Assembly: GCA_032718475.1 (NCBI GenBank)
Contig: JAUCBJ010006456.1
Coordinates: forward strand, 22,430-86,429
From: Nemertoderma westbladi
Lineage: Eukaryota > Animalia > Xenacoelomorpha
Length of the DNA stretch: 64,000 bases
Direction: 5' to 3'
The translations under genes and the position numbers were made by a program. The stretch's first letter is position 1, and each line of letters begins with the position of its first letter. The notes under the pieces are model-generated. The model ran no database searches. It was not told the DNA's origin and saw nothing but the letters and a program-made list of their open reading frames with translations. Below, in pieces: positions 39,201 to 54,200 of the stretch.

Positions 39201-42200
39201 TGTGAACCAACGAACTTACTTACATTACACCACTCTCCATCAATGGCTGACGCAATATGGTGGGTGCGTGCGCATAAAGATATTGGGTCTGAGTATAAGT
39301 AAACTAAGTCTCCGACAGAGATAGAGCGTGGTTGTGGATTAACTGTGGGCTGCTGTGCGTTTGAATGGGCACTGGGTCCATGATTGGCTATACGATCACC
39401 ATGACGTTGGGAAATAAGTTCAATGCCATTAACGGGTATCTGTTCACCAGTGAACTGGTCCCATTGGAGTAGAATCTCGTGGGAGGAGAGGCCAGCGAAG
39501 CGTAGATGTAAATTTAGATTAGATACTGCAATAGTGACCATGGTAGAAGAATATGGGCCTCCTGTTGGTAAGAGCTTATGGAGCTCACCTTCCAATTCCT
39601 GGACAGCACGTTCAGCAACTGGGTTCTTGTCTGGGTTTTTGTGGCGCCCAACTTCAATCCAGAGGTGGTGCCATTCTAGTATTGTGTCAACGGTAAGAGA
39701 ATGAAACCCAGGAGCAGGGTCAGTACTTATGACAGTGCACGGGCCACTCAGTGGACATAAGCCTGAACCTAGGATGATGAGGGCATCACAAAATGTAGAC
39801 TTACATTCATCTGGTACTAAACATGCAGTGGTATATGAAGATGCACATTCACGGAGAAGCAAAATCCACTGAGAATACTGATGGATTACATCAGCTGCAA
39901 AACGCTAAACGCTAGGCCTTGTCCCCAGGCCTAGCGTGTTACCAACTACCGAAGTAGAAGGAGGTTGTCTAGGCCTCAATAACTATCAGGCAACCCTGAC
40001 AGCTGAGAGTATTGCTTGATTTTGCCTCCCACCCCTGGCCCTTAAATATCTGATATGAGTGCCATGCCCCGTAAAGTCGCCCCAATATTCGCCCATAAAT
40101 CACCCCCAGTCTATCGAATGTATCCAAATTTTATGTTCCCGCACCCAGTACTGATATTGGCACATTCATAAAAATAAATTCAAAAAATATGTAACTCGCG
40201 TTATGATAAAGTGAAATACCACGAACAATAATATTCATATTTTAATCTTAACAAAAAGCCATTAAAGCCTGAATTGGATGCACTAGTTACTAACTTGTAG
40301 TAGGAGCAATAGTTGTTGAGGTTGTTGTTGTAGCAGCTTCTGTACCTAAAACAAAATCAAAACATGATATTTATGAATCTCTGCAATAATATTCATATTT
40401 TAATCTTAACAAAAAGCCATTAAAGCCTGAAATGGTTGCACTAGTTACTAACTTGTAGTAGGAGCATTAGTTGTTGTTGAGGTTGTTGTTGTAGCAGCTT
40501 CTGTACCTAAAACAAAATTAGAACATGATATTTATGAATCTCTGCAATAATATTCATATTTTAATCTTAACAAAAAGCCATTAAAGCCTAAAATGGTTGC
40601 ACTAGTTACTAACTTGTAGTAGGAGCATTAGTTGTTGTTGAGGTTGTTGTTGTAGCAGCTTCTGTACCTAAAACAAAATTAGAACATGATATTTATGAAT
40701 CTCTGCAATAATATTCATATTTTAATCTTAACAAAAAGCCATTAAAGCCTGAAATGGTTGCACTAGTTACTAACTTGTAGTAGGAGCAATAGTTGTTGAG
40801 GTTGTTGTTGTAGCAGCTTCTGTACCTAAAACAAAATCAAAACATGATATTTATGAATCTCTGCAATAATATTCATATTTTAATCTTAACAAAAAGCCAT
40901 TAAAGCCTAAAATGGTTGCACTAGTTACTAACTTGTAGTAGGAGCATTAGTTGTTGTTGAGGTTGTTGTTGTAGCAGCTTCTGTACCTAAAACAAAATTT
41001 GAACATGATATTTGTGAATCTCTACAATAATATTCATATTTTAATCTTAACAAATAAATCCATTAAAGCCTAAAATGGTTGCACTAGTTACTAACTTGTA
41101 GTAGGAGCATTAGTTGTTGTTGAGGTTGTTGTTGTAGCAGCTTCTGTACCTAAAACAAAATTTGAACATGATATTTGTGAATCTCTACAATAATATTTAT
41201 TATCGAATCTTAACCGAGTCAACAATGTTATTAGAAAGGATAATGGGCATCAATTGGCAGCCGAAGGAACATGCCATTTTCTCTCTAAGTATGTAGTCAC
41301 GTGGACACCTTAATCTCATTACCATGCCAGAGGACATGACCACATTGCGGTCAATATTAAGAATATAAAATTTTTGCTACAAAAATCAGGTTGCAATATT
41401 TCCAGTGAAAACTTTTTCTCAGGACTTCTCAAACTCCAAGGATGGATTGTCCCCTTCACAAAGGTTATTTGGCCACCTGTTGAGGTCTCGCGTCCTAACG
41501 ATAGACAGCAGATGCCCGTGAGTGGCAGAAGGATGCTGAATCTTCTGATCAGGAAGGGCGTAATACTGCCAGAATACGAAAGTTATATTACAATCAATCA
41601 GCAGTATCTCCTAAAGAGGTTTGGAAAATAGGAATCAAATTTCCTGTAATGGTGAGATTACTCTTTTCAAACATTTTGTAATTTAATTTCTATGGGAAAT
41701 TTGCACTACAGCGTTTTTCTGGTCGGTAAATACTTTTCTGTTGCAATAATCAATAATAGAATTAATATAATAGAATAATAGAATAATCAAATCGCAATGG
41801 ATGAGACTCCAGCAGAAATTATGTCGTAAGTTTCAATGTCATAGAAAGAATGACATTAGAATGAATGAAGACAAAGAAATTGTCGAACTTATCAAGAGAC
41901 TCACTTGTTTCATATTGAGGGGTTGTTGTAGTATCCGGCATAGTAGCTTTTAAAATAAACAGATATTATACTATACTATATATACTATATATATATTATA
42001 CTATATTATACTATACCAATTCAAATGAAAATAATTTAATTTTAAATGAATTAATCATTAATTTTATTAAATATAACTATTGGGCGAAACAACAGTCTGC
42101 ATTTATAACCTCTTTTAGCTGAATTCCGTATTATAGTGTTTTTCTATTAGAATCATGTTACCACACCGATAATGTCATTTATATCTAATTATAAAAATCA

Positions 42201-45200
42201 AAGCTGCTAAAGGATACAATTATTACACAAGTTACTCACTTTTAGAAACATCAGTGGTTGTTGAGGTCATTGTTGAGGTGGAATCTGTACTAAAAGAGAA
42301 TTAAAACACCACTATATTTATGAATAATCAATATTATTTATCAAATTCAAATTTATTTCTTTTTTTTAATTGAATTTTATTTGTTATACCTTTTTGTGAT
42401 TTCAATAATATATATAGCAGCCCGGCTCTGTGTAGTACCTTTATTGTATATGTGTGTATATTTGAATACTGTATGTATGTGTGTGTGTATGTGCTGTCTG
42501 TATGTATATGCGCTGTATGTGTTGTGTATAGCATACAGTAGGCATGGGTAAATTAATATGTTTCTGTGCAATATCAACTGTATATTAAAATCCTTTAATA
42601 CATTATGTAGGGCGAGGCGGTCTACCGTAGGTAAGTCAGACTGTCTAAGACAGCTGTTTGATTATAGACGCTTATTCACCTTAACTATCAGTATCGTGTA
42701 CTATGTATTGCGTATACTGCCTTCCCAGTTAAACATGAGTATGTGTTTCATATATGGTTGCCATAAATAATTCGACATGTGATACATATATGTAAATGTT
42801 ACAGTGTTGTCAAATGTGATCCATATATGGAATGTTCACATGTGATACACATATGTTTACTATGTGACAAGTACGACAAAAAGAGTAAAAATTTAAAAAC
42901 TGAGACCGACCAATCACTGGTGTGGGTCTGCATTTCCTATAGAGAGGTGGGGCGGGGGGGGGGGGGGGGGTAGCCTACCTCAGTACCTTATCCTATCCAA
43001 TCCCTACACCCTATCCTACGGCCCTACACCTACCCTATACATTTAGAGAAGGAAGCATCGGAGTATATATGAAAATATTTAATACATAGTGATATGAGAG
43101 TATCCTTAATCGATTTTGGCGATGATCCGTAAATTCGTATTCTATTAGTTAGATTTAATTAAGTTATCTAATTTCCAGCTATAATAGATTATTCATTTTG
43201 ATAAATCTTCGAAAATTAATTAATTCTAAGATCATATAATTGCTCATATGATATTTTATATCTAATTTTAAGACATCTTTTCCATAAAACATATATATAG
43301 CACATATGAAACATATGTTCAATTTTTTAACGGGATAAGAACTGCAATAGGCCTGCCTACCTTACGGATGGTATAGTGCATGTATGTTATCAGTCTATGT
43401 CTGTAACCCTTACTGATACTTAGCAGCGCAGATGACAATGCACAACCACAACCTGACAAGTGAAAATCACCACACAGCCATACATATGTTTGTCTAATTA
43501 TGTTAATACAGCACTGTACAAGTGTACAATGCACATGCACAGCACAATGTGCATAGTGCAAGGCAGAACGCAGGCAAGTCACACACTGCATCACTGAACA
43601 ATTGAGTGGACTATGATAAGCGGTAGGCTTATGCAATGCATTATGCTGTTATGGGTAAAATATAAAATAATTTGCGATTCACTAGCTAAACTGCAAGCGA
43701 CACGACGTGGTTAAGAAGAAAGATTGCAGCATCAGACTATGGACACGACGTGGTTAAGAAGAAAGATTGCAGGATCTGACTATGAAATGCCTATCATTTT
43801 AAGAATGTGTCTCACCACCAGCCCTCAAATGCTATAAACAAAACAATTGGACGATCGACTATGGTTACTTCAATTTTGTGTCCCTACTGCCTTCACAGAT
43901 CATTTAAACCTTATAGCAGGCTTGTATTGACTATACATTATATGGTTAAATAGCAGGTACTTTTAAAATACAGTATAACAAAAAATATAGATTCAACGTA
44001 TTATACTGCTGATTAAAACGATATTTGTTCTTAATGCAAAAAGCTGAGTAGTGACATCAACAAATTCCGCATCCCCCCTCGCTATTCTTTTCTGTACATG
44101 TATTACTGTAAGGCCTGTATTAACATAAGGCAAACATGTGTGTAACATATAAAATCCATGAACTGGATTACACAATTACGAATTGAATAGTTTATGGATC
44201 TAAACTTAACTTCGGAGTCTTGGCTATGGCTATTTCACATATGCTCGACATATATTATTCACATGCGCATTCTCACACATTTATTTATGATAAATTCATA
44301 TGTGCAACATATAAGTACCATAAATGGCGATACACACATTCTAAGTGTATGTAACACAACATGCGAGACATGTATTATTTATACATGAGCATAAAAACCC
44401 AATTTCCAGACACACCTATTCCATACAACATATATATACCACATATGAAACATAAATTCATGTTTAACTGGGTTCGTAGCCCTAATAAGGCTTAGAAGTA
44501 TTTGTGAATAAAAGAATTATCTTATCTTATCTTATCAATATAACCCCCCCCCCCCCCCCCCCCCCACCCCTCTATAAAATCGATTAGAAAAATAGAAGCG
44601 CTGAAAGTATCACAATCAGTTGCGCTGTATTCATAGATCTCCAAAAAGCCTTTGACACTATAGACCACAAGACTTTAATAGCCAAACTTGAATCATACGG
44701 TGTGAGAGCCCCCCCCCCCCCCCCCCCCCCCTTCAACTGCTATCCAGTTTCCTCTCAAACAGATTTCAGTCGTTTCTTACATCATCTCTATACCTTTTCT
44801 ATTACCCATAAACAGCGATCTCTCCCAAAGTTCAGGTCCTGTCTCCACTCATCTTCTTAGTGTTTATCAACGATCTCCCTAAGGTAACATCCCTTATAAG
44901 TCTGTTCGCAGATGACACACTTTACTCTCCACGCATTCAAATAAATTAGTTTTATAAATAACGAACTATCTAAACTTTCCGATTGGCTGACTGACAACAA
45001 ACACCAAGTAAATCTAAAAAAACGGAATATATACTATTTTTTCAAATACACCTATCAATCGAACTACTTTACCTGATAAGTCAGTATTTATAACACACCA
45101 AATAGCTAGTACCACCTCCATTAAATTGTTAGGTGTTTGGGTCGACTCAAAATTAAACTTGAATTCTCATATGTCGTACATTCTCAATAAAGTATCAAAA

Positions 45201-48200
45201 ACTTGCGTCATTTTTATCAACTCCGTCACATATTTCATTTACATGTTCTCCAATTACTTTAATTCTCTGGAGCAGTGTTCCCGTATCATCGATCAATCCC
45301 TTAAAAATACTAAGATTAATAAGCTTCTACGGCGCATCACTTTTACACACTACCGCACGTGTGTTACCTCAATATACAAACAATGAACTTATTCTCCCAC
45401 TAAAACAGCTGTATGAACTATATATATCTTTATGGACGAATTCCACACCTAAAACATACACCCTTGCTGGCTCAGACCTGCACAGCTATTCCAACGGCGC
45501 ACCTCGGTTCACAATTAGACCTACGTCATTCATTCTGCAACGTCTCCTTTCCTCTCTCTAATGAATCTAATATCATCACAACGATCATGGAGTTTTAGAG
45601 GCCCAAACGATCATGGAGCTTCAGAGGCCTACGCATCTGGATATTAGTTCGGTTAGAGATTAGGGATAAGATAATGGAGACGATTATTCATTTCATGTTG
45701 TTACTAATATTATCTATTTATAAATTTATAATTATATTTATATGAACTAACTAAGTTTCAGTAAATTTGACAAAATTCCAGTGTTAACTTGTAGGCCTAC
45801 CAGAGTATCTCTCCATAAACAAATTATAATTAACCTTTTACACCCATGTTCTTTTTAAATATTTACCAATACGGCACAATTTTAAGATAAGGTGAAAGTC
45901 AACGACAATATTTTCCACTGATTGCAGACAAGACCACACCCTTATCTTTCACTCATTTTGTCTCGCCCTCATCCTACCCACCCTAGCAGCACTAGCTCAG
46001 CTATTAGTTAGGTGTCCATCTCAACAAACTTTTTTGTATTCAGTATAATATGTATTGTTTTGGTTTGTGGAGGATATTAATAAATTCAATTCAATTCAAT
46101 TCAATTAGGGCAGACAAACTGTAAGCAGTTAAATGGCTTGGTGGTATATTGGTATAGCTGGGTTGTTTCTAACCATATTTGTACCATATGGTTTATCCCA
46201 TTGTACCATATGATTGATGTATATAAATAAGAGAAAGCTGCTAATAAAGGTTAAAATAATAATTATACAAGTTACTCACTTGTGGAAACATCAGCGGTTG
46301 TTGAGGGCATTGTTGAGGTGGATTCTGAACCTAAAACAAAATTAAAACATTATATTTATAAAAATCTCTAAAATAACTGTTAAACAATGTGTGTAAACAC
46401 TGGTTTTAATAACAATGATTGTTATTAAATCCAGTGTTATCTAACAATTCTGATATTTTTGTATTTTCGAAAAAATGTGACAACTTGATTTTGTGCCCTA
46501 GTGCACCCACTGGAAAAACAGACGAAATAATAATGGCACCAATGAGCTCAGCTGAATTGGTAAATGAACTGGTATAATTCATACATTTTTCTTGAATTGA
46601 AGGGGTCAAAATTGCTCCTCCTGACCCGAAAATTTTACCATGGAAAATAGCCTGTCTGGATGGATAGGGTTAAAGCTTCAAGTAGTTGCACAAGTTTACT
46701 CACTTTTAGGAGCATCAGAGGTTGTTGAGATCATTGTTGTAGTAGATTCTGTACCTAAAACAAAATAAATGAATGATAATAATTTAATAATAATATAATA
46801 ATAATAATAAAATAATTTAACGATAATAATAATTTAGAATTTTTTTAGATCTTGGCTCAGAAATTACAAATTTGATGGTATAAGAGTTTTCGAGGTCGCT
46901 GATAACGACAAAGGTTGGTACTGGTAGGTAGGCCTTCTTTGAAGGTACACACACTGGTTTTCGAGGTCGCAGATCACGATGAAACAAGTTATAAATATTT
47001 TTGGATATGCAAACCATATTTGGTGCCATTCTGGTGCCCCAGAACGAAAAGTACAAGAAGCAAAAAATTACAAACTGTTAAATTTTACTTTTGGTTTGGT
47101 AATTCTGAAGCTATACTGGTTTTCAAAGCCGCTGATCACGTTACAACTCGTTAAAAAATTTTCGTGGTAACGCAACTACTATTTTTGGTACTTGTCTGGT
47201 GGGATGAAAAATACAAGTAGCATAAAATTTCAAAAGGTAAAAATCGAATTTGTTTTTATAATAAGATATTTTTGAGTGTCATATATTCGTGATCAGCGTC
47301 CCAGAAAACCCATAATGTCTAAAAATCAGGTTGACTTGTTAATTATTTTTGATTAACAAATTTGAGCTACCTGTAGGCCCACTTGTATTTTTTGTGCCGC
47401 GGATTGACACAAATCCAAAAATGCAATCAACAAGGTACGATATATTTCAGTATCATATTCGTGATCAGCATCCAAAAAACCCATAATGGTCATAAAATTT
47501 ATTTGATTTTGATGTGATTTTTCATTATCATATTTGCACTACTTTTTTTTTTCATAGCCCAGGGGGCTCAAAATTACCAAATAATAAGTAAAATAAATTA
47601 ATTTTAGTGAGCCATAAAAACTTATTAATTTTTTAGCACGAAAAATACTGGAAATGGGTGCCAGAAAGGGACAGAAAGGGAAAAACATCATAACCATGTA
47701 AATGGTGTTTTCTCTGTTGGATAGCCCATTAAATTTTAGGAAAGTCACGAAGTCTCGGTTTTTCCAACAAACCAGACTCATACGGATGAATTACAAAAAA
47801 ATATATAAAATGACCCCCCCCCCCCCTCCTTGGCCAAATAGGGTTAATATTAAAGGAAATAATAATTACTTTTTACATGGGAATATTTAAATTTTTTCAG
47901 TATATTCTCGAGGCAATTTATATACCAAGCGCCATCGAGGTATTAATAGCGAGGTTAAAGTTTAAAATTGTTGCGCAAGTTACTCACTTGTAGTAGGAAC
48001 ATCAGCTGTTGTTGTAGCAGCATGTGAGCCTAAAGCAAAATTAATTAATGATAATTATCAATTTTCATTATAAATAAATAATTATAAATATATTTACGTT
48101 CAATAAATCCATGATCCTCTATTTACGACGGATACTGTAACAATTGTAATAATTAACATTAATCCGCGTTTTACACCCCTTCCCAGATCCATTAAATCTT

Positions 48201-51200
48201 GGTAATTAACGTAAATCTGTGTTTTACACCCCTCCCCGGATCCAGTAATACTTTGGAATTAAAGTAAATCCGTGTTTTACACCCCTTCCCGGATCCAGTA
48301 ACACTTTGGAATTAACGTAAATCCGTGTTTTACACTCCATCCCGGATTCACAAAATATATGATTCCGCGTTTTACACCCCTTCCCGGATCCATTAAAACA
48401 TTGTAATTAACGTAAACCGTGTTTTACACCCCTTCCCGGATCCATTACAACATGGTAGTTAACGTAAATCCATGTTTTACACCACTTCCTGGATCCAGTA
48501 ACACTTTGGAATTAACGTAAATCCGTGTTTTACACCATTTCCCGGATCCATTAAAACTTGGTAATTAACGTAAGTCCGTGTTTTACACCCCTTCCAGGAT
48601 CCAATAACACTTTGGAATTAAACGTAAATCCGTGTTTTACACTCCATCCCGGATTCACAAAATATATGAATCCGCGTTTTACACTTCAATACAAATTGCG
48701 TATTTCAGAATCCGCATATTACACTCAGTTACGGATTGTATGTAAATCCGGATCCGCCTTTTGCACTCGCAAATCCGGATCCGGATCCGCGTTTTACACC
48801 TACCCCAATAATATTCATAATTGAATCTTAACAAATAAAGCCATTTATAACTTAAAATTGTTGCACAAGTTACTCACTTGTAGTAGGAAAATCAGTTGTT
48901 GTTGTAGCAGCTTCTGAGCCTAAAACAAAATTAATGAATGATAATTATGAATCTCTACAATATTAATCATATTTGAATCTTAACAACTAATGCCATTTAA
49001 AACTTAAAATTGTTGCACAAGTTACTCACTTGTAGTAGGAAAATCAGTTGTTGTTGTAGCAGCTTCTGAGCCTAAAACAAAATTAATGAATGATAATTAT
49101 GAATCTCTACAATATTAATCATATTTGAATCTTAACAACTAATGCCATTTAAAACTTAAAATTGTTTCACAAGTTACTCACTTGTAGTAGGAAAATCAGT
49201 TGTTGTTGTAGCAGCTTCTGAGCCTAAAACAAAATTCAAAGTGCTATAAATCCCATAAAATACATCAATATATTATTGATTACATGCGCGATAATCTTTA
49301 ACTTCATATTAATCAATTAATTTGGGATCCTTCTCAGTAAGAGATATCCTACCGCCTACAAATCTACTAATATGAAGCTATAGAATATTCCCTACTGAAA
49401 AGTCCAGTAGTATAACGCTTATACCGCTAATAACGATGTATCTTACCGTAAGATCTAGTAATGTATACGGGCTCGTACAGTATCTGGTAATAAATCGAAG
49501 TCCAGGGTGTCTAAATAAACAGATACAAGTACGCGAACAACTACTGGCGAGGAGCAGAGCCTGGTGTCTATTCTAAGTACGTGAGCGATTCAAATGCCCG
49601 ACGAACTAGACAAAAGGATGCCTGTCCTCTAACCGGTGAGGCAGATGTACAGTCTACGGTGACAGACCAAACTCACGGGAAAATAATCCCCATGCAGCGA
49701 ATCCTAACTATCGTAAACTTGCCGCGGTGTGATTTATATGGTTTATATACGAGCTAGTGGATTAACAGACTAGCGTAACAATACTGACCGTACTAAATCA
49801 GTCTAAAGGGGGTCGTGCCTAAAGTAACTATACTGTTGTCAGGAAAAAACAGTCTAATAAGTAAATACTCCTTCCTTGCCGTAACTAAATATCAGATCCT
49901 AAATTTACAAACTACGAATAGTAAATTACAAATAGATTCTGCCTGAGAGTAACCTAAAGTAAGCTATAACTAGTAGAGCTCTAAGGGTACATATGTTTTA
50001 GGGCGTGTGTGTGTGGGTGTGTTACAAATAAAACAATTTTGGTGTACTCCATTGTACTAGGTTTTAGTGATTTTCTGACCGAAACAATACCGTGCGCTAG
50101 CTACGAAAATAAGCTAGTCGCGCTCTGTAGGGCTTTATACTTACAAAATGACATCAAAGCTCTCTCCTTCCTATCCACAACTCAACCGGGCAATTACGGT
50201 GTTAGTAACTACACCCGTGATCGGCACAAATACCAGATTCTGGTTGTAAGATAAGAAATAGGGGTTAATTGCTACCGTACTGTTAGCTGATCTGGTATAC
50301 AATTTGATTCTAGAATTTTGTTGCTACGGTGGTTAGCAGCAATACCTATCAGTACGTGGCAAGGCGCGGTAGGATATTAATAAACCTCCCTAGGCCAAGC
50401 GAGTGCCGGTAGCAGAAATACTCCTTGCCTGATCAAATAACGTGGGTTCAGGCAGGGGGGGGGGGGGGGGGGTACTAATGTATAAACTACAAAGCAAACC
50501 GGTACCGAACTGTCAGTATTGCGAGTCACTAAATTATGGAACATATGCTGTCTGTACCTAATATGTACTCGCGTACTGACGAACAGCAATAGTTCACACC
50601 TGTAGGGAATGCAGGTTAATCCGGGGACTTGTAGTACTGGTTCCTGTCTGAATCTAGCTATTTGATCCTAAATTTTGCGGCATCCCAGGACGGCGTCACG
50701 CTTACCCTGATCTATAGGTCTTACGGCGGGCAAGGGCGTCAAACAAAGTCTTACCTTCCTCTGAATCGGGCGCTGCATGGCAAAGGTGGAGTATTTCGAA
50801 GGGGCGAATGGGGTGCGCAGGCTAATCTAATGTGTGGGCGCTAGCGTGTTGTGGACATCTTCCCTGCGTTGCTGACTGCCTAGCGGTCTAGGCAGCCATC
50901 CTCCAAATGCTTGGCTGTCCCAGTGGTGGGCAAATAGAAATATACATGTTCAAAGTTTACAGTATATTTTACGTAATTTACAAAAGATTTATTTACTAGT
51001 TAACATTAGTGATAACTAATGAATGGAGAAATGTTAGAAATAACAAGGTGATAACCGTAGGCAAACCAGCCCTTATATAGCAAATCTGGGACATAGAATC
51101 CGCTAGAACCTTCCAGAGCATTCCATGGCCTCACATTGGAGCAATAAGATGTTCTATGCCCTATGATTGGCCCAACTCATCGTTCCACATGTTGTACGCA

Positions 51201-54200
51201 TGTCATTGGCTTATCTAATTTAATCAAAGTGAAATAAAATAGCCCAAAAATGCAAATTCACGACAGGGATTCGAACTCGTAACCTAGTTGTAATGTAACC
51301 AATGCCTTAACCATCTGACCACTGCGCCAATAGAGTTACCTATGGGTTTATGTGTACCAATATGAATAGATATGAATATCGGATTTGGTGACGGGGCGGG
51401 TCTGCGCGGTGTTGGGCTGGCAGACGAATTTTAACTCTTTGTTGTTTCCCATTGTCAGTGCTGTTTTTGTGTTGCTTTGTTCGTTAATTGTATTATGTCA
51501 TGTATTTTATTATTATTATTATTTAAATGTGCATTAAAAAAAAAGCTATTATTATATGAATAGGCATATTACATTACTGTAATTTAATCAAAATGCTTCG
51601 GATTTTAGAAAGTTTTTACGTTAAGCTACAAATGCTACCTTATAGTGAAATAATCCATCACCGCTCCATGAAAACAGTAAGTAAGACTGTTTTCACCAAT
51701 CAAAATACAAACTATTTACAAATATTTCTTAGGTCTAGTAGTGGGGCCTAAAAATCAAAATAATCACTATCTAATTATTGCATACTTATTATTGCAGGTA
51801 TGGCGTAAATACAATCTATCATACATACAAAATACAAATTTACCAATTAACTTTAGTGCATAAAATACAAAAAAAAGAGGGCTTTCGGTTATCAAAGTAA
51901 ACAAATTAAACAAATTAGTACAAATCAAAACAAATAATTTCAAAACTTTCAATAATCTTTTATATATTACAAATATACAAAATAAATTTTCCAAATTAAA
52001 TCAGTCTAAATATAAACAAACATAATGCGCTAATAATTTCCAAATAAGTCTTAAAGTGTCCTCCTGACGATCTCAATAGTTCGTCCTACTGGTCTGGATA
52101 TCTTCTCCTGAGCACTGATTGCTAACGGTAGGCTCGCAAGCCTTCCTTCTCTACCTCGCTCCTCCAAACCCAACATCCAAACACAATATCCAATATAATA
52201 TCCAAATATAAATATCCAAATATAATATCCAAATATAAATATCCAAATATAATATCCAATATAATATCCAATCGGTAGGCTTGCAAGCCTTCCTTCCTTC
52301 ATCTCGCTCTCCTAATCCTTTGTCGAACGGGCTCGTCCACGCCCTCTAAGACGATTGGGTGGTGGTCGGGATCAAACTGGACTCGGACTTCAGCGTCGAG
52401 CTGTTGGTGGTTCTACAACGCTAGGAAAGGGGACGACGGGAGTCTCATACATCCGTCGTGCGCTCAGTCCTCTAAGTCCTCGTCCGATTCCAATCGTTTG
52501 CTTCGTAGCATCGGACCGAGTCTCTACAACGCTAGGAGGAAGTCTAAGGGGTGGGACCGTTCCGTCCACTGACACCTCGCTCTCTGACGTTGTCTGAATT
52601 CTCATAGGTTCTGATAAAGCATATCCTGTCCCTCCGCGTGGTTCTCTAGGAATGGAAACCGTGCCCCGAGTCATCCGGATTTGTGACTTCGATGTCGTCC
52701 TCTCGGCGACATTGACTACTTTCTTTATTTCCTGTCCGGCTTTCTGGGCTCTGAGTATATGAAGTTGTGGATCTTTCTGTGGGAGACACGTCTTTTCGCC
52801 CAACAGTGTGGCTCTGAAGCCAGTCTCACGCAAAACGTCCGCCTCATCTAGAATACACGAGGTTACGCGTTTGTGATAAAATGCGCTCAGGCATGCCCAA
52901 GCTATCGAATGCCAGGCTCCTCGATTCTGCTGTTCGACTCGCAATTTGTCGAATTCCCCGGCGGTAATCTTATTCACCACAGTCTGAAAGTTCCATGTGT
53001 TCTTATTGTCAGGGTGTACCTGTAGAAAGTAGTCCCTAACAACTTTAAATCCGCTATCCAACGGCAATATATCTAGCACCTCCAAAAGTTCATCGTATTG
53101 AGGCATAGCTGATACGTATCCTTCTTTCGACATTATGAGAGGGTTTACGGCCCAAAATCCCAAATGCGCTCTGATGGGGAAACGGCATCGCTGTGTCGAC
53201 ACATGCTCGTCTGCTAGATTCTCCCAATGGTCGAATAGCTGTCTAACGATTTTAACTGACATATGCTCATAGGGAATGTCCCTAAGTTGGCACTCTGATG
53301 CCCTATGACCTTTAATATTGCAATACGTGCACTGCGCCACGAAATGCCATCAAGTGTAGAAAGTGTGTGAACATTGATCCCCGCACCAGTTGCACACTAA
53401 GTCCGGTAGAGATATATGTTTCGCTCCGCATTTCTTTGCGTGGTGGCCAGTTGCCCCGCATCTGCCACAAATGGTGTTGGCAGGATATCAAACTCGCTCA
53501 TAGATGAGGTCTCCGATGGGGCGAGCGCTACCGTCCACGTGATAATTCTCATCATCCAGGTCAGTCGGTATGTTCATCTCCGTAGGTTGTACACAAACCA
53601 TGGCATCGCTTTTCTCTAACTCGCGTATTTCAGTTCGCGTCTTCCTCGGAAGGTTCTCTTCTATCTCTATGAGTTGCCGCAATGGTTCGTCTATTATCGC
53701 GAACTCGGTCGGATCCACATCGTCATGATGGGCAGTAGGCTCGCGAGCTTTCCAGGATCCTTCCGGGCCTTTGAATTCCGCGTGGCGTTCCCAGTCGTAG
53801 GGTACTAACATCAACATCGATGGTCTGTCGACTAGGCTTCCCGCGTGAGTGAGATAAACGACCCTGAAAACGCTAAGTCTCGCTCGTGTGACAACTTCGC
53901 AGTGCGCATCGGTGTTATAAAAAGGTTGGAGAAATCAGCGGAATACATCAGTATGCGTCCTTACTCTGTCGTAAATGGTATGTCCTTCACCGAGACATAA
54001 CGGATGTCGCTTTAGAGTCCTAGACACTACATCAGCGATGAAGCAAATGTTCACCGAAGATTCTATCGCCAAATAGTATTGCAAGATTATTCGTGGAGGT
54101 GAGGTAATCGCCCAGTACACGCAACCTCGCCACTTCAACTGTGACTCGAACTCGTTTATGCCGGGGGTATCTCCCTCACCGTATACGTCCGTGTATTTGC

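Noticed and set aside
36490-41200. Non-coding satellite DNA
   Set aside because: Units contain splice signals and frame-preserving Thr-rich exons homologous to isolated exons elsewhere in the gene
51259-51328. tRNA gene (also 55628-55697)
   Set aside because: A and B boxes present but acceptor and anticodon stems pair poorly; part of a dispersed repeat
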